NCBI GenBank assembly: GCA_026025075.1 | Contig: JAPEUI010000029.1 | Coordinates: forward strand, 124,001 to 169,199 | Reading direction: 5' to 3' | Length of the DNA: 45,199 nucleotides | DNA from: Vezdaea acicularis | Taxonomy: Eukaryota | Shown: one piece after another, positions 40,492 through 45,199 of the stretch | How positions within the stretch are numbered: position 1 is the stretch's first letter | How the letters are laid out: every line of letters starts with the position of its first letter | Notes under the pieces: generated by a model | Told to the model about the DNA's origin: nothing | What the model saw: only the letters and a program-made list of their open reading frames with translations | Databases searched by the model: none | Translations under genes and position numbers: made by a program

Positions 40492-40770
40492 GACAGACCA
40501 TCCTTGGTCTGGCGGACGCGGACTACCAAGTAGCTGAAGCGTAAGCATTGTTGCAACTGCTCAACAAGCCCCGTTGCTGAACATAGATCGGTCCTCTGCT
40601 ACTCGCCAGTTTTACGACGATGGATCCATTCTTGGTCTAGCGGCTGCTGCGTGCCGATCAAACATAAGCACTGTTGCGCTTGCCTAATACCTCACCTTAA
40701 AGATTAAATCTGACCTCTAGTACCCCGCATCTTTACGAAAATGGACTATTTATGGTCTAGCGGCTACCGA
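40492..40770. repeat. Degenerate tandem repeat, period ~120-128 bp, ~2.3 copies
   Basis: TGGTCT(A/G)GCGG at 40505, 40633, 40753; TAAGCA(T/C)TGTTGC at 40542 and 40665; TTTACGA-NN-ATGGA at ~40611 and ~40732. Confidence 0.65.
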
Positions 40771-41521
40771 AACCAAGAGATCCTTCTTCAGGGTCTGAGA
40801 CTCGCAGGGCGTCGATGTATGGGACGACAAGATCATGTCTAGTCGATTGGAGCTGGGCACAAGGAGATGGTTCGAACCCGATTCACAATGACGACGATAC
40901 GTCGTCTTGTATTAGACGATAGGCTTTATCTGGTTACATTCGTCGCTATTCTAGCCGTAATTGTGGGATGACGAAAAAGTCTGTTGGCAGCTGACGTTTC
41001 TCAACCTGTGGCACAGGTGTGTTTGAAGTAGCTAACTCAATGAGGCTGTAGTTGCGAAGCGGGTGGATCGCCTCTGATGCATAAGCTAGGCGAGCCTGAC
41101 TAGGCGGGTACACGGGGTCGGACCTATGTCTGTTCCGCCAAGAAGTGGCGTTCGATTTTCCTGAGTTTCCACCGTTCACTCCACCACTTCAAACAATCTA
41201 ATTAATAGCAGAAGGCATCCTATCCTACCATGAGATGCCTCTGTACTTTTTTAAATTCCAATCGCATCTGTGGTTGTGGTGCTGAAGTATTGTGAGAATT
41301 GGGCGCGAAGCCTTGGCGGAACAGACATAGGTCACACCCCGTGTACGCACAAGGCAAAATGATACTGCCAAGCAAGTTCTAATGCCTTTGACAGCCCAAT
41401 GAAAAAGTGGGACACCCCTCGAAAGCTTAAGCTTGCGCACCTTGATCAATTGAACATGGTCCATCTGCCGTCTCGAGTCTCTTTGTCGTGGCTACAGAGA
41501 GAGACTTGTAGATTTTCAATA

Positions 41522-41830
41522 TGTTATAGCCACTCGTCCACTATCTGAGAGGAATCATGTCCATACGTGTGAGGCGCGTGCGTATGGGCAGGCAACAGAC
41601 TAGTCTCACTTCGGATGGTCGCATGCGTATCGCATGCGAGTCGCAGGCGGTAGTCAATAGTAGATAGTATTCAATAGATGTCTCTTAGGATTGATACGAT
41701 TGAATACTAAGGAGCTATTCTACAGTGCTTCCCCGCTTTCCTATATGACGGTGGTCACATGACGTATACCTAGCGCTTGCCAAGCGCAGTCGAGTCGCAG
41801 GCTAAGTCACGGGAAGGTAGGTTCGTGACA
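41522..41830 (-). repeat. Putative 3' LTR (~309 bp)
   Basis: Starts TGTCACGAAC directly after the PPT (41830) and most plausibly ends ...GGCTATAACA (41522), an imperfect terminal inverted repeat. The end is inferred because the 5' LTR is not in view. Confidence 0.65.
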
Positions 41831-41845
41831 ACTACCCCCCCCTTT
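41831..41845 (-). other. Polypurine tract (plus-strand primer) of the retrotransposon
   Basis: Minus strand AAAGGGGGGGGTAGT immediately precedes TGTCAC. Confidence 0.8.
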
Positions 41846-42236
41846 ATGCCTGCGGTCCCCGCAGGGCTTATTGTGGCTGATAGGTAGGTGTCAGGGCACG
41901 GGGTGTCCAGACACTGCAAGGACAAGGCGTCCTGGGACGGTTTTATGATGAAAGAGTTGCATTCATTCTATCTAGGGGGATATGCTATATATACGGGTCA
42001 TCACGTGCCCGGTCACGACTGCCCGGTCAGGACAGCGCGGTAAGCGCTGTCCGTTGCAGGGCAGTCGCATGCCTCATAGCGCTGCCCCTATGGGCAGGCG
42101 CTATAAGGAAGCTGCGTCTGTTAGTATATATCGTCGCTACTCCCTGCCCCTATCCTGCTGTCCCACAACAGATTGCCCCCTCCCGAAAAGATATCGTCCC
42201 GATATCCTGTAGTAGTGCCGGAGTGCCATGGCAGAC

Positions 42237-44510
42237 TTATTCCTCTGGAGGCGGTGGCCTTGGAGAGTCAGCGTAGAGGTCATCGTCCGGTAACGCTGCT
42301 TCCTCTTCTCCATTGCCCTCATCCTGATTGTCGTGACCCGTGGGCATACCGGGGGAACGTGGACTGACGTTATTGAACGTCTGAGTCGAGGAACGTCTAT
42401 GGTCAGGGTGTACAGACGGGCCGGGATCGTTGATTGGCTGGAAGCTGGTTGTCTGCGGCAGGACACGATGAGGGGGTGAAGAGGACGGAGCGGGGGCAGC
42501 TTCACGCTGACGCTGACGCTTTTTTCGAGCACTCCGCGGAGCTGGATCCGGTTCCAACTGACGGTCAAGCTCTTCCAGACGTGCCATACGGGTTCTTACC
42601 TCTTCCTTGATAGCTTTTGATTCTTCAAATAGCGCTTTCTTTGATACCTTGTTCAGACGTGATGAACCGCCCTTTGGAGGAGATGAAGCTTGCCGTGGTT
42701 CATGTGTGGCGATATTGGGGCGTGGCTGGGGTTCCAATGACTGTAGGGGTGGAAGACGACGTTGACTAGGGAATACCGTCGAACGCGTTGTATCTGCCGA
42801 TCGACGGGATGCTGCTGGCTTTTTCGTTTGAATGCTTGCATCCTTTCGTCCTGGACCTGGGGGGGTGACGGCGACGACAAAGTTAGGCACGGCATATTGT
42901 CCTGGTCCAACAGATGGTTGTGTCCTGTCTATGCTGGATGCCGGTCCGGGAAGAAAACAGTCTGCCACTGCAAGGTCATCGGGGGGAAGGTCCTGCAGCT
43001 GATCATTCGAGTGGGCGCTTCCAATTGGTAGGTTGTAGTGTCTCGGGATTTTGCCATGAAAATCAGCACCTAGCAGCTTGATGGTGTCCACCACCCCGAC
43101 TCGTCCGTCCACGAAGAAAAATCCTGCCCCTCTCGATACGTAGTTCTTGGCCAGCTGAGCGTCCTTTCGGAAGTTATTTGGCCAGTACTTCAGCCTCATC
43201 CGGTAGGATACCATTGACATGACGACATGCCCCGTAGCTCTGTCGCTCAGGTTAACGTATACCGGGAAGGTCATCAGTTTCCTGTCGTCTGATGAGTATC
43301 CCCGCGAGTCTAGTATAGGCAGGGGGCCCCTCGGGTCGTACAGGAGCCAGTTGGTACCGTTTTTATCGCCGTGTCCGTCAGTAGGTTGCCATGTCCCAGC
43401 GGGGAATTGAGCGCCTGGGGTCCAGAGAGGGTTGGTTCCTGCCCTAGCGGTACGTCCTGTAGTTGAGACCTGGGTGAGAGCAGTGGAGACTTGTTCGACG
43501 GGTTTGGAGGGCGTGGTTGTTGGCGTCGGGGACCGAGATGTCGCAGCCAACGGTCTTGTACGCGGTACAGACAACGTGTCTGGGCTCACAAATGTATCAG
43601 GTTCCCTTGTGTCTTCTCGAGTGCTTGTTATAACAGCATTTATTGTTTCAGACCCGCTTGAGCTTGAGGACGAAGACATGGAGGATGTTATGGACACGGG
43701 GTGTACGACAGAGGCTGTTGGCTGGTGCGTCGCGGACCGTCTGACCTGACGAGGTGGCGCCATGGTTGATTGTACTGGCGACAGGATGGGTTCAACGCTC
43801 TGAATAGCCACGTTTGCATCTGCGCGAGCTATCTTGCCCGATACCGTGTCATTGTGCTCTTCTTCTGGATCCATAGCCTGGGTTGACCCGGATGGGGACA
43901 GTGATCCCATATCCATGGCAGACATCTTCTCGCGCTGGAGCTTGGCCTTTGTAACGTTTAAGGCGTCCGCCCAATTGCCAAACTCGGGTACCGTTGCGAG
44001 AGGATCGTCATAAGCTCCTGTCCCTTCTTCTGCTTCGTCGAAGGTGGGGTATCGTACCAATGTAGCTTCGTGTTCCCAGGACAATCGGTATTGAAGCTTT
44101 GTCTCGATGCCGTCTTCCTTGAGAGCCTGTATGAGGATCTTATTCTTGATCAGGATGTCTTGTTTCAGTGCTCTACCAATCTGGCCATCCGTCTTGTCGC
44201 AGGTGGGGAACGTCTCCTTGAAGAGTTCAACGATGTTGTCGTCAAACTCTGGCTGCTTCTTGATGTTCCAGCCGCGTCTAATAGCACGACAAGGCCAGTC
44301 GTTTGGGTCGTTTTCGATCGCGAAAAGTCTCTTAGCCATCTCACGGTCGGAAGGGCTAGAGAATAGACCAAAAGTTGCGTAGATTGCGCCCTCGATGTGA
44401 CGATCCCTCCAGGAAGGAGGCCAAGCTCTTCGGACGGGTTTAAAGTCATATTTGGCCCACTTGACCGGCGGGACGTTTGTATGCAACGAAGCCATTGCAC
44501 CGGGGGCCAT
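42237..44510 (-). CDS. Retrotransposon-borne additional ORF (757 aa), unknown family
   Basis: Uninterrupted ATG-TAA ORF between the pol stop (44814) and the PPT (41845), in the same orientation as pol; no domain recognised. Confidence 0.8.
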   Translation of the reverse strand: MAPGAMASLHTNVPPVKWAKYDFKPVRRAWPPSWRDRHIEGAIYATFGLFSSPSDREMAKRLFAIENDPNDWPCRAIRRGWNIKKQPEFDDNIVELFKETFPTCDKTDGQIGRALKQDILIKNKILIQALKEDGIETKLQYRLSWEHEATLVRYPTFDEAEEGTGAYDDPLATVPEFGNWADALNVTKAKLQREKMSAMDMGSLSPSGSTQAMDPEEEHNDTVSGKIARADANVAIQSVEPILSPVQSTMAPPRQVRRSATHQPTASVVHPVSITSSMSSSSSSSGSETINAVITSTREDTREPDTFVSPDTLSVPRTRPLAATSRSPTPTTTPSKPVEQVSTALTQVSTTGRTARAGTNPLWTPGAQFPAGTWQPTDGHGDKNGTNWLLYDPRGPLPILDSRGYSSDDRKLMTFPVYVNLSDRATGHVVMSMVSYRMRLKYWPNNFRKDAQLAKNYVSRGAGFFFVDGRVGVVDTIKLLGADFHGKIPRHYNLPIGSAHSNDQLQDLPPDDLAVADCFLPGPASSIDRTQPSVGPGQYAVPNFVVAVTPPGPGRKDASIQTKKPAASRRSADTTRSTVFPSQRRLPPLQSLEPQPRPNIATHEPRQASSPPKGGSSRLNKVSKKALFEESKAIKEEVRTRMARLEELDRQLEPDPAPRSARKKRQRQREAAPAPSSSPPHRVLPQTTSFQPINDPGPSVHPDHRRSSTQTFNNVSPRSPGMPTGHDNQDEGNGEEEAALPDDDLYADSPRPPPPEE

Positions 44511-44813
44511 CGTAACCGGACAGGCTGAGGTGATAAACCGGTATGTTAAATGGTATGTTTATTACGACGGGGCAAGCCCCGCGGTAGTGCTATAGACGTC
44601 AAGAGAATCACCTTGTCGAAGGGTGAGGTGGTGTAAGAATGAAGGATAGATGAGGTGTAGCGACGAAAGGTGAGGTGAGATGAAGCGAGCTACAGCTCAG
44701 CGCAAGTTAAACTAACTATCTAAAATAAGCGAATTCGTAAGCGATATCAATATAGGGGTAACTATCTCAAGATAGTAGCCCCTTTTCAGTATTTCTTAGG
44801 GGATACGACACAG

Positions 44814-45199
44814 CTAACGCCGTGTCTTTTTGAACTTCCGGACCAGCTGAGGGACGTCTGCTGCTATGTTCTCTGCAGGCTCCCAGGTTGGACCGTCGTA
44901 TCCTTCCCACTTGATCTTATAGAAGTCTTTCCCTCCTCGTCTCTCTTGGCCCAATATCCGTTCGACAACCCATTCCTCCTGGCCGTCCACCAGGAGAGGA
45001 CCAGGGGGTGGCAGCTCCCTGCCCTGCGTCAACGACTTGTCGGGCGCCTGTTCCAGGTGTGTCACCGAGATGACTGGATGGATGTCCTGAAGTTCCGGTG
45101 GCAATTCAATCTCGTAGGCTAGGCGTCCTACCTTGCTTTTGATACGGAACGGCCCCATCTTTACTGGGGACAGTTTGCCCGCTCCGGCCAACCTATAGC
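44814..45199 (-). CDS. pol: Pol polyprotein C-terminus: integrase GPY/F region + chromodomain (partial)
   Basis: KLSPVKMGPFRIKSKVGRLAYEIELP...IHPVISVTHLE, then EEWVVERIL...YKIKWEGYDGPTWEPAENI. The frame is open to the window edge. Confidence 0.93.
   Translation of the reverse strand, partial: YRLAGAGKLSPVKMGPFRIKSKVGRLAYEIELPPELQDIHPVISVTHLEQAPDKSLTQGRELPPPGPLLVDGQEEWVVERILGQERRGGKDFYKIKWEGYDGPTWEPAENIAADVPQLVRKFKKTRR

Larger units (their letters stand above)
41522..45199 (-). mobile_element. Ty3/Gypsy LTR retrotransposon (chromovirus), 3' part; 5' part is beyond the window
   Basis: On the minus strand, in order: integrase C-terminus with GPF motif and chromodomain, extra ORF, polypurine tract, TG...CA-bounded LTR. 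Confidence 0.9.

Noticed and set aside
40746..40890. tRNA gene suggested by TGGTCTAGCGG and GGTTCGAACCC
   Set aside because: Acceptor and D stems do not pair and the T stem is weak; kept only as an orphan B-box finding.
41980..42140. Hammerhead or other known ribozyme in the structured 3' UTR
   Set aside because: No CUGANGA/GAAA core found on either strand.
42237..44510. Calling the extra ORF an env glycoprotein or a host gene
   Set aside because: No signal peptide, TM anchor or Cys-rich ectodomain; it lies between pol and the PPT, i.e. inside the element.
44540..44730. Antisense spliced transcript suggested by plus-strand GTATGT x2 and ACTAAC
   Set aside because: Short motifs with no supporting ORF; cannot be told from chance without RNA data.

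Overview
Eukaryotic, intron-containing DNA from a filamentous ascomycete (Pezizomycotina; it cannot be placed more finely from sequence alone). The first ~35 kb is a compact block of 16 mostly conserved housekeeping genes with short GT-AG introns: IRC3 (partial), SCT1/GPT2, an unknown low-complexity protein, a WBP2-like protein, PTEN/TEP1, ASK1, MCM3, MRPL3, a NUUM-like complex I subunit, MAK32, SRV2/CAP, La/LHP1, NAM9, an MNN2-family mannosyltransferase, a DUF1992 protein and a Uds1-domain protein. The last ~10 kb looks accessory. It holds a 7-exon gene fusing an RRM-like domain, a SesB/SERAC1-type alpha/beta hydrolase and a VWA domain; a secreted PAF-acetylhydrolase-like lipase with a degenerate ~123-bp tandem repeat upstream; and the 3' part of a Ty3/Gypsy chromovirus on the minus strand. 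The most striking observation is that this retrotransposon carries an intact 757-aa extra ORF of unknown family between pol and the PPT/3' LTR (the env position). The protein looks nuclear rather than membrane-bound, and the ORF is followed by a highly base-paired 3' UTR. All exon boundaries were inferred by eye from splice signals and protein similarity recalled from known families; no database searches were run.
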